Positions 8,099-18,024 of a stretch of 64,000 nt of DNA are shown piece by piece. A model generated the notes under the pieces. That model ran no database searches. It saw only the letters and a list, made by a program, of their open reading frames with translations, and was not told the DNA's origin. Each line of letters begins with the position of its first letter. The first letter of the stretch is position 1. A program made the translations under genes and the position numbers. Source of the DNA: Patescibacteria group bacterium (GTDB taxonomy: Bacteria; Patescibacteriota; Patescibacteriia; UBA9570; JAHJKD01); contig JBAZVM010000003.1 in the NCBI GenBank assembly GCA_041660885.1, forward strand, positions 38,894 through 102,893. The letters run 5' to 3'.

Positions 8099-9613
8099 AT
8101 GGATAATAACGAAATTACAATTTTCGCGGAAACAAATTTCCGCAATCAGCGCCGAAAATTCGGCATAAAAATTGATGACCGCCGCCGTCATATGTATTTG
8201 ATTGGAAAGACCGGCATGGGAAAATCCACGTTGCTGGAAAATATGATTATTGAAGATATTCGCCAGAATCGGGGAGTAGCCGTGGTTGACCCGCATGGAG
8301 ATTTAGTGGAGAAAATTGTGAAATTTATACCAAACGATCGCATTAATGATATCGTCTATTTCAATCCTTCCGATACCAATTATCCCATTGCTTTTAATAT
8401 TTTAGAAAAAGTGGATCCGGAATATAAGCATCTCATTGCTTATGGCTTGGTAGGAGTATTTAAAAAGATTTGGGCGGATTCCTGGGGTCCCAGAATGGAA
8501 TACATTCTTACCAACTCCATCTTGGCTTTATTGGAATATCCCGGGAGCAGTTTGCTTGGCATTACTCGTATTTTAGTGGATAAAAAATATAGAAAAAAAG
8601 TAGTGAGCAAATTAACCGATCCGGTAGTAAAAACATTCTGGACCGAAGAGTTTGCTAATTATTCCGAAAAGTTTAGAACAGAAGCTATCGCGCCTATTCA
8701 GAACAAAGTCGGACAATTTTTAGCTTCGTCCATTATCAGAAACATAGTCGGCCAATCGCAAAGTACCATTGATATGCGCAAGTTGATGGATGATGGAAAA
8801 ATATTATTAATGAATTTATCCAAAGGCAGAATAGGCGAAGAAAATTCCGCTTTGCTGGGTGCTATGATGATTACTAAAATACAATTGGCAGCCATGAGCC
8901 GCGTGGATGTTCCGGAAGAAACTAGGCGCGATTTTTATTTATATGTCGATGAATTTCAAAATTTCTCCACAGAAAGTTTTGCCAATATTTTATCTGAAGC
9001 TAGAAAGTACCGGCTGAATCTTATCATGGCGCACCAATATATTGAGCAGCTCAGCGATGAAGTGAAAGCTTCCGTATTCGGCAACGTGGGCACTATAGTG
9101 TGTTTCCGTATTGGTGCCATTGATGCTGAAGAGCTGGAACCAGAATTTACTCCCCGTTTTACCGCGGACAATTTGGTAAACATTCCCAAATATAATTTTT
9201 ATATTAAATTAATGATTGATGGCGTTTCATCTGATCCATTTTCCGCTATTGGCTTGCCACCGTCAGTTGGAGAAAACGATAATTTGCAAAAAGTAGTACG
9301 CGTTTCCAGAGAAAGATACGCTCGTCCGAAGAAAATCGTGGAAGAGAAAATTTTACGCTGGAGCGGTATGGAAATTGCCAAAAAAATAGATGAGCCGGAA
9401 GAAAGACCGGAACCCTTAAATATAGAACAAAAAAAAGAACCAATGAAAGAACCGGAAAAAAAACCGCAACCGCCGGCAAATAAACCAATGCCAAGACCGC
9501 AAGTAAAATTGGAGCCGGAGAATAAATCCGTCGAACCCCCGGTTTCTTTGAAAGATTTATCTAAGAAAACAATTTCCTTTATTCCCAAAAAGAATAAACC
9601 AAATAATAATTAA
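8099..9613 (+). CDS. VirD4/TraD-like (type IV coupling protein family) P-loop ATPase
   Basis: Walker A GKTGMGKST; Walker B region FYLYVDEFQNF; ARKYRLNLIMAHQ motif typical of TraD/TraG-type ATPases; low-complexity Pro/Lys/Glu C-terminal tail. Confidence 0.7.
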   Translation: MDNNEITIFAETNFRNQRRKFGIKIDDRRRHMYLIGKTGMGKSTLLENMIIEDIRQNRGVAVVDPHGDLVEKIVKFIPNDRINDIVYFNPSDTNYPIAFNILEKVDPEYKHLIAYGLVGVFKKIWADSWGPRMEYILTNSILALLEYPGSSLLGITRILVDKKYRKKVVSKLTDPVVKTFWTEEFANYSEKFRTEAIAPIQNKVGQFLASSIIRNIVGQSQSTIDMRKLMDDGKILLMNLSKGRIGEENSALLGAMMITKIQLAAMSRVDVPEETRRDFYLYVDEFQNFSTESFANILSEARKYRLNLIMAHQYIEQLSDEVKASVFGNVGTIVCFRIGAIDAEELEPEFTPRFTADNLVNIPKYNFYIKLMIDGVSSDPFSAIGLPPSVGENDNLQKVVRVSRERYARPKKIVEEKILRWSGMEIAKKIDEPEERPEPLNIEQKKEPMKEPEKKPQPPANKPMPRPQVKLEPENKSVEPPVSLKDLSKKTISFIPKKNKPNNN

Positions 9614-9625
9614 TAATAAAAAAAT

Positions 9626-10417
9626 ATGGAAATCATCGGTGCCTTAATTACAATGTTCGTGTTCGGGTTCATTGGCTTGGTTTTTTTACTATTGCTCTGC
9701 ATTAGGCAAATTAATCAGTATGAAAGAGGAATTTTATTTACCATGGGAAAATATTCTCGCACTTACATGCCTGGCTGGAAAATAATTATTCCCATTTTTC
9801 AGAGAATTCATAAAGTGGACATTCGTATAAAAGCGGTAGACGTGCCGGATCAAGAAGCCATAACTAAAGATAATGTTTCGGTAAAAGTTAACGCGGTTAT
9901 TTATTATAAAGTCGGCAGTGCGGAGAAAGCTATTTTAGAAGTAGAAAATTTTTATTACGCCGTTTCTCAATTGGCGCAAACCACTATGCGTAATGTTGTG
10001 GGAGAGGTCAGCCTAGATGAGCTGTTGGCCAATCGCGAAGCCGTGGCTAAGAAAATTAAAGAAATAGTAGATAAAGCTACGGACGCTTGGGGGGTGGATG
10101 TGACTTCCGTGGAATTGAAGCATATTGAGCTTCCGGAAAATTTAAAGCGCACCATGGCCAAACAAGCTGAAGCGGAAAGAGAAAAAAGAGCTACCATTAT
10201 TAATTCTCAAGGAGAGGTATTGGCCGCGGAAAATTTGGCTAAGGCCGCTAAAACTATCTCCGCCGCACCCGGCGCTTTGCATCTTAGAACTTTAAACAGT
10301 ATCAACGATATTTCTTCCGATGCTTCCAATACCGTGGTGTTTGCCGTGCCCATGGAAGTGCTAAAAGCTTTTGAAGGGTTTTCCGAATTCACCAAGAAAA
10401 AAGCCCAGGAAAAATAA
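9626..10417 (+). CDS. SPFH/band-7 (stomatin/slipin-like) membrane protein
   Basis: N-terminal TM helix followed by ERGILFTMGKY...DVPDQEAITKDNVSVKVNAVIYYKV and an AEAEREKRA coiled segment, typical of the SPFH family. Confidence 0.8.
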   Translation: MEIIGALITMFVFGFIGLVFLLLLCIRQINQYERGILFTMGKYSRTYMPGWKIIIPIFQRIHKVDIRIKAVDVPDQEAITKDNVSVKVNAVIYYKVGSAEKAILEVENFYYAVSQLAQTTMRNVVGEVSLDELLANREAVAKKIKEIVDKATDAWGVDVTSVELKHIELPENLKRTMAKQAEAEREKRATIINSQGEVLAAENLAKAAKTISAAPGALHLRTLNSINDISSDASNTVVFAVPMEVLKAFEGFSEFTKKKAQEK

Positions 10418-10486
10418 ATAATACCCCCTCGTATAAAAGCCCTGATAAAAATAACTAGGAAAAAATTATATATTTTTCGTCTTTTG

Positions 10487-10495
10487 TGCTATAAT
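10487..10495 (+). promoter_or_regulatory. Extended -10 promoter element (TGcTATAAT)
   Basis: tgtgcTATAAT at 10485-10495, about 25 nt upstream of the ATG at 10520. The same TGTGCTATAAT string recurs at 23677-23687. Confidence 0.4.
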
Positions 10496-10519
10496 AAATT
10501 AGATTATAAAAACAAAAGA

Positions 10520-10879
10520 ATGAAAAAAATCTTATTGTTCGTAATATTTTCCAGTTTGATGGTTTGTGGTTGTCAATTTGATACAACTACCACCGTAAAC
10601 GCTAATAATAGTGTTTTATGGGTGCAAGATTTTATAAGCGAAAAAAGCGCTAAAGCCGTGGAAAACCCACCGGCTTCTATTAGTATCTGCACCTATCAAA
10701 ATGAAGTGGCGTATTATGTACCGGCGCCTTGCTGCGATCAATTTTCCTCCCTTTATAGCATAAAAAGAGAAGTAATATGCTATCCCGGCGGAGGCTCTGC
10801 CGGTCAGGGAGACGGCCGTTGCCCTGATTTTGATACTGCTCAAGCCGGCTGTCAGGAAATTTGGCGTGATCCGCGTTAA
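10520..10879 (+). CDS. Small Cys-rich secreted protein or lipoprotein
   Basis: MKKILLFVIFSSLMVCGCQ is a signal peptide with a lipobox-like Cys. The ORF-track TTG start at 10484 overlaps the putative -10 box, so I prefer the ATG at 10520. Confidence 0.6.
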   Translation: MKKILLFVIFSSLMVCGCQFDTTTTVNANNSVLWVQDFISEKSAKAVENPPASISICTYQNEVAYYVPAPCCDQFSSLYSIKREVICYPGGGSAGQGDGRCPDFDTAQAGCQEIWRDPR

Positions 10880-10904
10880 TAAATATTAGCGTTAATAAAC
10901 AAAT

Positions 10905-12674
10905 ATGAAAAAAATAGTATTAACCCTGGCTTTATTTGCTGGGTTTGTTTTGTGTTTGCAGGCAAAAGCCGCGGATATCTATGTGGCCGATACCGGCAGC
11001 GATGCCACTGGAAACGGATCGCAGGATGCGCCTTATGCCACGGTAACGCAAGCTTTAAGTGTTATGGCCAGCGGCGATACCATCTATTGCCGGGGTACTA
11101 TTATCGACGACATTACCATACCGACCGCGGCTTCAGGCACGGCTTCGGCTTACTCGCAGATTACCAATTGGCCGGGATACGCGGCCACCATAGATGGCGG
11201 AGGAGCGGCTAATGATTATGTGATTAAAATTACAACTGGCACCAGTTATTTTAACATTAACGGATTAAATCTCACCAATGCCAATGACGGAGGCGTTGTG
11301 GGTAAAGGTACGGAAGCGGGTAGTAATATAATTGTTTCTAACAATACTATTTATAACTTGGTCAACACGGATGATCAATCATATATTTATTTAAAAAATA
11401 TTAGCAATGCTGAAGTAAGTAACAATAATATTTATGGAAACGGTTCAGATCTCTCATCGGTTGGCATTATTTTAGAAATTTGCCCAAATTCTACTGTGTC
11501 TTACAACCAAGTGCATGATTTTGCTCGTTTCGGTGTTGTAATTTCCACTAATACTTATGATTCCGTCGTCTCTAACAACTATATTTATAATATTGGCGGC
11601 AGCGACAGTGATTCTCGAGCGGGCATATATGTTACTGATACTTATAATTTAAAAATATACAATAATACCTTATATAATATTTATAATGAAACTAATGTCA
11701 TGCCTGCCATATACCTAAACGAGGTAGACCTTGATAGCCACGACATTACCATTATTAACAATATAATCAGTACTGCGAACATAGGTATATATAGCGATGG
11801 GGAATCCATAGTCGGTTCATCTTCGGATTATAATATTTTTTATAATTTAAATATTGTTGGTTATCTTGGCAGCGATCCTTATACAACGTTTACCGAATGG
11901 CAAACCAATGCCTATCAAGATGCGCATGGCATGGAAGCTGATCCATTATTCGTGTCCACTAATTCCGTAGCATACGATTTTCACTTGCAAGCATCTTCGC
12001 CGGCTATCGATGCCGGCCTTGATACCGATGAAGTAACGACTGATTATGATAATGAATCAAGGCCTTATAATATAACAGATATCGGCGCCGATGAATTGGC
12101 CGTGGTAGCTGCTCCGGAAAGTTTAGCCGCTACGACAGCGGTAAAAACAGCCGGTGTTTCTTGGCAAATGCCCGAAGGATACACAGCCACTTCTTACAAT
12201 ATTAAATTAAGCGCTAACAGCGATTTAAGCTCTGCTACGGAGTTATCCGGCGATTTAACTGCCATGGATTTAATCGATTTATCTTCTGCCTCGGTTTATT
12301 ATTTCGCGGTGCAAGCGGTTTATGAAACGGATTATGCTTCTTATTCTTCGGATTATTCGGAAACCTCCAGATTCGTTACACTTCCGGCTAAAGTTAAAAA
12401 AGTGGCCATACCCGCGAAATTTATCGGCACGAATCAAGCGAAGATAAAATGGAAAAAACAAAATAGGGTAACAGGATACCAAATAAAAGTGATGAATGCC
12501 AAAGGCAAAAAATTAAAAATGGTGAAAGTCAAAACTAATAAAAAATATAAAATAGTTAAAGGTTTGCAACCCGGCAGAACTTATAAAATTAAAGTCCGCG
12601 CCAGAAAAACTGTAAGCGGAGTAAATTACTGGGGAGCGTGGAGTAAAACAAAAAAATTTATTACTTTAAAATAA
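10905..12674 (+). CDS. Secreted right-handed beta-helix protein with two C-terminal FN3-like domains (paralog 1 of 7)
   Basis: Signal peptide; N-terminal motif ADIYVADTGSDATGNGS..PYATVTQAL..GDTIYCRGT; repeated NNTIYN/NNNIYG turns (PbH1-like); DFHLQASSPAIDAG..TDYDNESRPYNITDIGADE; then an FN3 domain and a Lys-rich FN3 ending WSKTKKFITLK. Confidence 0.8.
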   Translation: MKKIVLTLALFAGFVLCLQAKAADIYVADTGSDATGNGSQDAPYATVTQALSVMASGDTIYCRGTIIDDITIPTAASGTASAYSQITNWPGYAATIDGGGAANDYVIKITTGTSYFNINGLNLTNANDGGVVGKGTEAGSNIIVSNNTIYNLVNTDDQSYIYLKNISNAEVSNNNIYGNGSDLSSVGIILEICPNSTVSYNQVHDFARFGVVISTNTYDSVVSNNYIYNIGGSDSDSRAGIYVTDTYNLKIYNNTLYNIYNETNVMPAIYLNEVDLDSHDITIINNIISTANIGIYSDGESIVGSSSDYNIFYNLNIVGYLGSDPYTTFTEWQTNAYQDAHGMEADPLFVSTNSVAYDFHLQASSPAIDAGLDTDEVTTDYDNESRPYNITDIGADELAVVAAPESLAATTAVKTAGVSWQMPEGYTATSYNIKLSANSDLSSATELSGDLTAMDLIDLSSASVYYFAVQAVYETDYASYSSDYSETSRFVTLPAKVKKVAIPAKFIGTNQAKIKWKKQNRVTGYQIKVMNAKGKKLKMVKVKTNKKYKIVKGLQPGRTYKIKVRARKTVSGVNYWGAWSKTKKFITLK

Positions 12675-12700
12675 TACTTCGATAAACTCAGTATAAATAT

Positions 12701-14473
12701 ATGAAAAAAATATTTGCATCTTTGGTGATTTGTTCCGGCTTAATAATATGTTTGCCGGCTTTGGCCGCGGAATATTATGTAGATGGCGATTCAGGAGATG
12801 ATACAGCCGGATTGGGCACGGTCACCGCGCCATATAAAACTATTACCAAAGCCGTGGCTGTTATGTCTGGCGGAGATACGATTTATTGCCAAGGGACAAT
12901 TACCGACGGTTTAATTGATCTTGACGCCACCAAAGCCGGCACGGCCGACAGCTATACCACTATAACGGTTCGACCCGGTTATACCGCGACTATCAATGCT
13001 AATGGGAATGATTACGCCTTTATGGGTGGAAATGGCGCGCACTATGTTAAAATCAATGGTTTGAATATCACCAATGCTAATTTATTTGCCATCTACGCAT
13101 CCATAGGAGGAGCATCGGATTATTGGGAAATTACTAATAATAATATTTACGGTTTTACGGCAAATCCCGGCACCTATGTAATGATGTTCGGCAATTCCAG
13201 CCATTCTTTGATTTCCAACAATGATTTTGACGGTGAAGATGTTAATGTTTATGCCATTTATTACGGCCTGCTTAACGATGTTATTATTGAAAATAACAAA
13301 TTTCATAATTTTACGGATATTGTTCTGGCCGCGGACGGAGATGATTCCGATATGATTATTAGGAATAACTGGTTTTATAATAACGGCCACGGCGTAGGTT
13401 TTTTAAAAAGTTGTATTGTGTTGACTCGTGATAATGATATCCGTATTTATAATAATTCTTTTTATAATAATTACGACGCTACCAATAATATGTACGCCGT
13501 CATATTATGGGCGAATGATCCCGATGATATTTATGACATCACCTTTAAAAATAATATTGTTGATAAAGCTAATTATGTTTATTATTTTACCGCTGAAGTA
13601 GCCTATGGCATTAATATCGATAATAATGATATTTATGATGTTGATAAAGTTGGAAACATTGATGGCGTCACAGATTATAATTCCATGGCCGAATGGTCTG
13701 TTCTAGGTTACGATGAACATTCATACGGATTTGATCCGTCTTTCGTATCGATTGATGCGAGCAATATCGATTTGCATTTGCAGGAGACCTCTCTTCTTAT
13801 AGACGCCGGAGTGGATACGATCGACGCCATCACGGATTACGATAGCGAAACACGGCCTTATAATATTACGGACATTGGCGCGGATGAACGGCCGCTGGTA
13901 AACGCCTCACCCGTGTTTACAGAAGAATCGGCCTCTGCCACGAAAGTTGATTTATCTTGGTATGCTGATGAAAAATATCCAGTTACGAAATATATTGTGA
14001 AAAGAAGCACGGTAGAGGATTTCACCACGCAAAAGACCAAAGAATTTACAACGACCAGCGGAACTTTATCTAATTTTAAAGCGGCCAAGCAATATTATTA
14101 TTCTATCGCGGGAGTATATGAGACTGATTACGGATCATATTATTCCGATTATTCGGAAACGAGAAGTTTTATTACTTACCCAAAAAAGATAAAAGACGTA
14201 AAAGTACCCTCGGCTCATTTAAAACAGGACAGAGCTTATATTACATGGAAGAAACATGACAGATTAAACAGCTATGTTCTTAAGTTAACTAACAAAGATA
14301 ATCATAACCGAATTAAATATTATACTGTTTCTGGCAGCGAAAATTTTGAGACCATCCATAATCTAACCGCCAATACCAATTACGAAGCAAGAGTGCGGGG
14401 CAGAGTAAAATCCGGAAATACTTATCTCTTGGGCAAATGGAGCGCTATTAAAGAATTTAAAACTTTAGAATAA
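12701..14473 (+). CDS. Secreted beta-helix/FN3 protein (paralog 2 of 7)
   Basis: Same architecture and motifs as paralog 1 (AEYYVDGDSGDD..PYKTITKAV..GGDTIYCQGT; DLHLQ..IDAG..TDYDSETRPYNITDIGADE; basic C-terminal FN3). Confidence 0.8.
   Translation: MKKIFASLVICSGLIICLPALAAEYYVDGDSGDDTAGLGTVTAPYKTITKAVAVMSGGDTIYCQGTITDGLIDLDATKAGTADSYTTITVRPGYTATINANGNDYAFMGGNGAHYVKINGLNITNANLFAIYASIGGASDYWEITNNNIYGFTANPGTYVMMFGNSSHSLISNNDFDGEDVNVYAIYYGLLNDVIIENNKFHNFTDIVLAADGDDSDMIIRNNWFYNNGHGVGFLKSCIVLTRDNDIRIYNNSFYNNYDATNNMYAVILWANDPDDIYDITFKNNIVDKANYVYYFTAEVAYGINIDNNDIYDVDKVGNIDGVTDYNSMAEWSVLGYDEHSYGFDPSFVSIDASNIDLHLQETSLLIDAGVDTIDAITDYDSETRPYNITDIGADERPLVNASPVFTEESASATKVDLSWYADEKYPVTKYIVKRSTVEDFTTQKTKEFTTTSGTLSNFKAAKQYYYSIAGVYETDYGSYYSDYSETRSFITYPKKIKDVKVPSAHLKQDRAYITWKKHDRLNSYVLKLTNKDNHNRIKYYTVSGSENFETIHNLTANTNYEARVRGRVKSGNTYLLGKWSAIKEFKTLE
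13871..14470 (+). repeat. About 600-bp near-identical segment shared with 15611-16207 (3' third of paralogs 2 and 3)
   Basis: Direct nucleotide comparison shows only scattered substitutions. By eye, the encoded ~198 aa differ at about 8 positions, whereas the 5' two-thirds of the two genes are strongly diverged. Confidence 0.85.
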
Positions 14474-14479
14474 ATAAAT

Positions 14480-16210
14480 ATGAAAAAAATATTGTTTGGT
14501 TTCATCACCCTTTTTTCGTTAATAGCTATTCCTGCTTGGGCCGCGGATTATTATGTGGATGGTGATACCGGCAGCAACGCTACTGGTGATGGTTCGGAAA
14601 ACAATCCTTATCAAACAGTCAGCTATGCAATTACAATTATGGCCGGAGGAGATACGGTATATTGTCGCGGTACGGTAAATTCCGGTTTTTCTTTTGATGC
14701 CACCAAGAACGGAACTGCGGATCATTATACTACCGTTACCAATTGGCCGGGTTATGATTGTTTGATAGACGGACAGGGCATAAGCGGCGCCGGCACTAGC
14801 GGTTCGTATCAAAAAATTAACGGCTTAAGCATAAATAATGTCGAATCCATCGGTATTTTTGCCACCGGAGAATATATTGAAATAACCAATAACACTATTA
14901 CCGGTATGACCGGCGCAGTTATTAATCACGGCATTTACGGTGGGCCGGATAATTCCATAATTTCCGGTAATCATGTTTATGGATCAAGAGAATTGGACCA
15001 GTATGGAATAACTTTTTTGGGTTCTGATAATCTGGTAGTTGCCGATAATACAGTCCATGGATTTTCCGCCGTTGGAATAGTGCCCAATACCAGCGGGTCC
15101 GATATTACCATTAAAAATAACGTAGTTTATAACATTGGCAACTTTGCGTCTCATGGATATGCCGTATATGCTTCTTCGATAGATAATATTTGGATATACA
15201 ATAATACTTTTTTTGACATTAACAATACAGGCAATGATTCCTATAGTATAGGTATCGGCGACGATATTACCGATGCGATTATTAAAAATAATATTTTTTA
15301 TCAGACGGATGGCGGATATTACATCAGAACCGACAGTATGAACGAAGTGGAAACCGATTTTAATTTATTCTATGATGTTGATAAATTGGCCAACATGGAT
15401 AGCGTGGATTATACGGCACTAGCCGATTGGCAGGCGTCATCCATAACTCCGGATGCTCGTTCCTTTGTGGACGATCCAGCCCTTGTCAGCGTTACCACTG
15501 ACGTAGAGGATTTTCATTTGCAAGACGATTCACCGGCAATTGATGCCGGCTTTGACTTGGTTGAAGTGGATACGGATTATGATTCAGAATCTCGTCCATA
15601 CAATAAAACCGACATCGGCGCGGACGAACGGCCGCTGGTAAACGCCTCACCGGTTTTTACCGAAGAATCGGCTTTTGCCACGAAAGTTGATTTGTCTTGG
15701 TATGCTGATGAAAAATATCCGGTTACGAAATATATTGTGAAAAGAAGCACAGTAGAGGATTTCACCACGCAAAAGACCAAAGAATTTACAGCCACCAGCG
15801 GCACTTTATCTAATTTCAAAGCGGCCAAGCAATATTATTACGCCATTGCCGGAGTATACGAAACCGATTATGGAGCTTACTACTCCGATTATTCGGAAAC
15901 CAAAAGTTTTATTACTTATCCAAAAAAGATAAAAAACGTAAAAGTACCTTCGGCTCATTTAAAACAGGACAGGGCATATATCACCTGGAAGAAACATGAC
16001 AGATTAAACAGCTATGTTCTCAAGTTAACTAACAAAGATAATCATAACCGTATCAAATATTTTACTGTTTCTGGCAGCGAAAATTTTGAAACTATTCATA
16101 ATCTAACCGCCAATACCAATTACGAAGCAAGAGTGCGGGGTAGAGTAAAATCAGGAAATACTTATCTCTTGGGCAAATGGAGCACTATTAAAGAATTTAA
16201 AACTTTATAA
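14480..16210 (+). CDS. Secreted beta-helix/FN3 protein (paralog 3 of 7)
   Basis: ADYYVDGDTGSNATGDGS..PYQTVSYAI..GGDTVYCRGT; beta-helix turns; DFHLQDDSPAIDAG..TDYDSESRPYNKTDIGADE; the C-terminal ~200 aa are nearly identical to paralog 2. Confidence 0.8.
   Translation: MKKILFGFITLFSLIAIPAWAADYYVDGDTGSNATGDGSENNPYQTVSYAITIMAGGDTVYCRGTVNSGFSFDATKNGTADHYTTVTNWPGYDCLIDGQGISGAGTSGSYQKINGLSINNVESIGIFATGEYIEITNNTITGMTGAVINHGIYGGPDNSIISGNHVYGSRELDQYGITFLGSDNLVVADNTVHGFSAVGIVPNTSGSDITIKNNVVYNIGNFASHGYAVYASSIDNIWIYNNTFFDINNTGNDSYSIGIGDDITDAIIKNNIFYQTDGGYYIRTDSMNEVETDFNLFYDVDKLANMDSVDYTALADWQASSITPDARSFVDDPALVSVTTDVEDFHLQDDSPAIDAGFDLVEVDTDYDSESRPYNKTDIGADERPLVNASPVFTEESAFATKVDLSWYADEKYPVTKYIVKRSTVEDFTTQKTKEFTATSGTLSNFKAAKQYYYAIAGVYETDYGAYYSDYSETKSFITYPKKIKNVKVPSAHLKQDRAYITWKKHDRLNSYVLKLTNKDNHNRIKYFTVSGSENFETIHNLTANTNYEARVRGRVKSGNTYLLGKWSTIKEFKTL
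15611..16207 (+). repeat. Second copy of the about 600-bp near-identical segment (partner of 13871-14470)
   Basis: See 13871-14470. Confidence 0.85.
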
Positions 16211-16219
16211 TAAATAAAT

Positions 16220-18010
16220 ATGAAAAAAATATTATTGTCTTTCTTATTGGGAACAGGATTAATTTTATGTTTACCGGTTTTTGCCGCGGATGTTTATGTT
16301 TCTGAAACCGGCAGCGATGCCACAGGTTTAGGCTCAGAAGCGTCTCCGTTTGCCACTGTTACCCAAGCCTTGGGCGCGATAACCGGCGGAGATACTATTT
16401 ATTGCCAGGGCAATATAACAGACAGCATCACCCTGACGGCCGCACATTCCGGAACTGCCGGTTCATACACTACAATTACCTCTTGGCCAGGTTATGACGC
16501 GGTTTTAAACGGCAATGGAGCTGATACGGTTTTTTTCATCGATAATGATACGCAATACATAAAAATCGATGATTTAGCTTTAACAAATGCTGTCACGAAC
16601 GGCATTCAAACTAATGGAATCGCGGATAATATTATAATATCAAATAATCTAATTTACGGATTAACCGGCGGGTCAGCCGCTAGGGCGCTAGTTTTGAGCG
16701 TAACCAATTCCCAGATAACAGATAACGATTTAAATGGAGGGGCAACCATGGGAGACGGTTTGTATCTGATGTCTTGTGATAATTTAACCATTGCAAAGAA
16801 TAAAATTCATGATTATTTAAGCAACGGCATGTTTTTCGATGTTGTTTCGCAAAATTCTACCGTGGTGAACAACTGGATATATAATATCGGCGGCGGCATG
16901 TCGGCTTACAGCGCCGGTGTTTTTGTGGGAGACTCGCATGATATTCAAATTTTAAATAACTCTTTTTATAACATTTACGATTTGGATTATCCGGCCAGCG
17001 GAATCAGCGTGGCCACCAGCAGCTATGATTGTTATAACATCACTGTAAAAAATAATATTATTGTCGTTGCCAATTATGGATTTAGCTCGGATTACAATTA
17101 TACCGGGTTAGAAGTAGATCATAATCTTTATAATCAGACTAATCTTATAGGTTCTGTAGCTGGCGCCGAATTCAGTACATTAGCGGAATGGCAAGCGGGC
17201 ACTATTTACGACGATAATTCCGTCAGCGGTGATGCCAATTTTCAAATGCTCGTCGCCGGCAATGAAAATCTGCATATTTGGCAGACTTCAGCCGCCATTG
17301 ACGCCGGTGAGAATCTAGCGGAAGTGATTACGGATTTTGACGGAGAGGATCGTCCTTATAATATTACCGATATCGGGGCGGATGAGGCACCTCTGGTTGC
17401 TACGCCCGATAGCTTAAGCTCTAATCCCAAAGTAAGAGAAACCACTCTTTCTTGGCTTACGGATTCGAATTATCCAGTCACTGGTTATAATATAGCATAT
17501 AATGTAAATGAAGACGTTTTTAACGGGACATTCATTACTGGCAACCAAAACGCGGTAGTTACTATAACCGGTTTAAAGCCGGCAAAGAAATATTATGCCA
17601 AGGTTCAGGCTTATTACGAAACGGCTTATGATACTTATCTTTCGGATTATTCAGATACTTTAACATTCGGCACCAAACCGGCCCGTGTAGAAAAGACAAA
17701 GAATTTAATTACGGTTCATAATTATTCTCAATGGCGCTGGAAAAAGCAAAGCCGGGTATTTAATTATGTTATTAAATTGATGGACGAAAATGGTGAAGTG
17801 ATTCAAACAATTCAAGTAAAAAAGAAAAAGAAGTTTGTGAATAATGCCAACAATAAGTTCGTAAAATATTCTATAAGCGGATTAGAATCCGGAAAAACTT
17901 ACATGATAAAAATTCGCGCGAAAAAGAAAGTAAACGGGGAGTGGCTGAAGGGCAAATGGAGCATCACCAAGACATTTAGCACTATGGCAGACTCTGGGCC
18001 CGAATTATAA
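16220..18010 (+). CDS. Secreted beta-helix/FN3 protein (paralog 4 of 7)
   Basis: ADVYVSETGSDATGLGS..PFATVTQAL..GGDTIYCQGN; NLHIWQTSAAIDAG..TDFDGEDRPYNITDIGADE; basic C-terminal FN3 (KTYMIKIRAKKK..WLKGKWSITKTFST). Confidence 0.8.
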   Translation: MKKILLSFLLGTGLILCLPVFAADVYVSETGSDATGLGSEASPFATVTQALGAITGGDTIYCQGNITDSITLTAAHSGTAGSYTTITSWPGYDAVLNGNGADTVFFIDNDTQYIKIDDLALTNAVTNGIQTNGIADNIIISNNLIYGLTGGSAARALVLSVTNSQITDNDLNGGATMGDGLYLMSCDNLTIAKNKIHDYLSNGMFFDVVSQNSTVVNNWIYNIGGGMSAYSAGVFVGDSHDIQILNNSFYNIYDLDYPASGISVATSSYDCYNITVKNNIIVVANYGFSSDYNYTGLEVDHNLYNQTNLIGSVAGAEFSTLAEWQAGTIYDDNSVSGDANFQMLVAGNENLHIWQTSAAIDAGENLAEVITDFDGEDRPYNITDIGADEAPLVATPDSLSSNPKVRETTLSWLTDSNYPVTGYNIAYNVNEDVFNGTFITGNQNAVVTITGLKPAKKYYAKVQAYYETAYDTYLSDYSDTLTFGTKPARVEKTKNLITVHNYSQWRWKKQSRVFNYVIKLMDENGEVIQTIQVKKKKKFVNNANNKFVKYSISGLESGKTYMIKIRAKKKVNGEWLKGKWSITKTFSTMADSGPEL

Positions 18011-18024
18011 TAATTTATTAATAT

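Noticed and set aside
9199-9588. Minus-strand 129-aa and 82-aa ORFs antisense to the 3' end of the T4CP-like ATPase gene
   Set aside because: These are Gly/Ser/Phe low-complexity translations of the Pro/Lys/Glu-rich tail region on the opposite strand, with no independent support.
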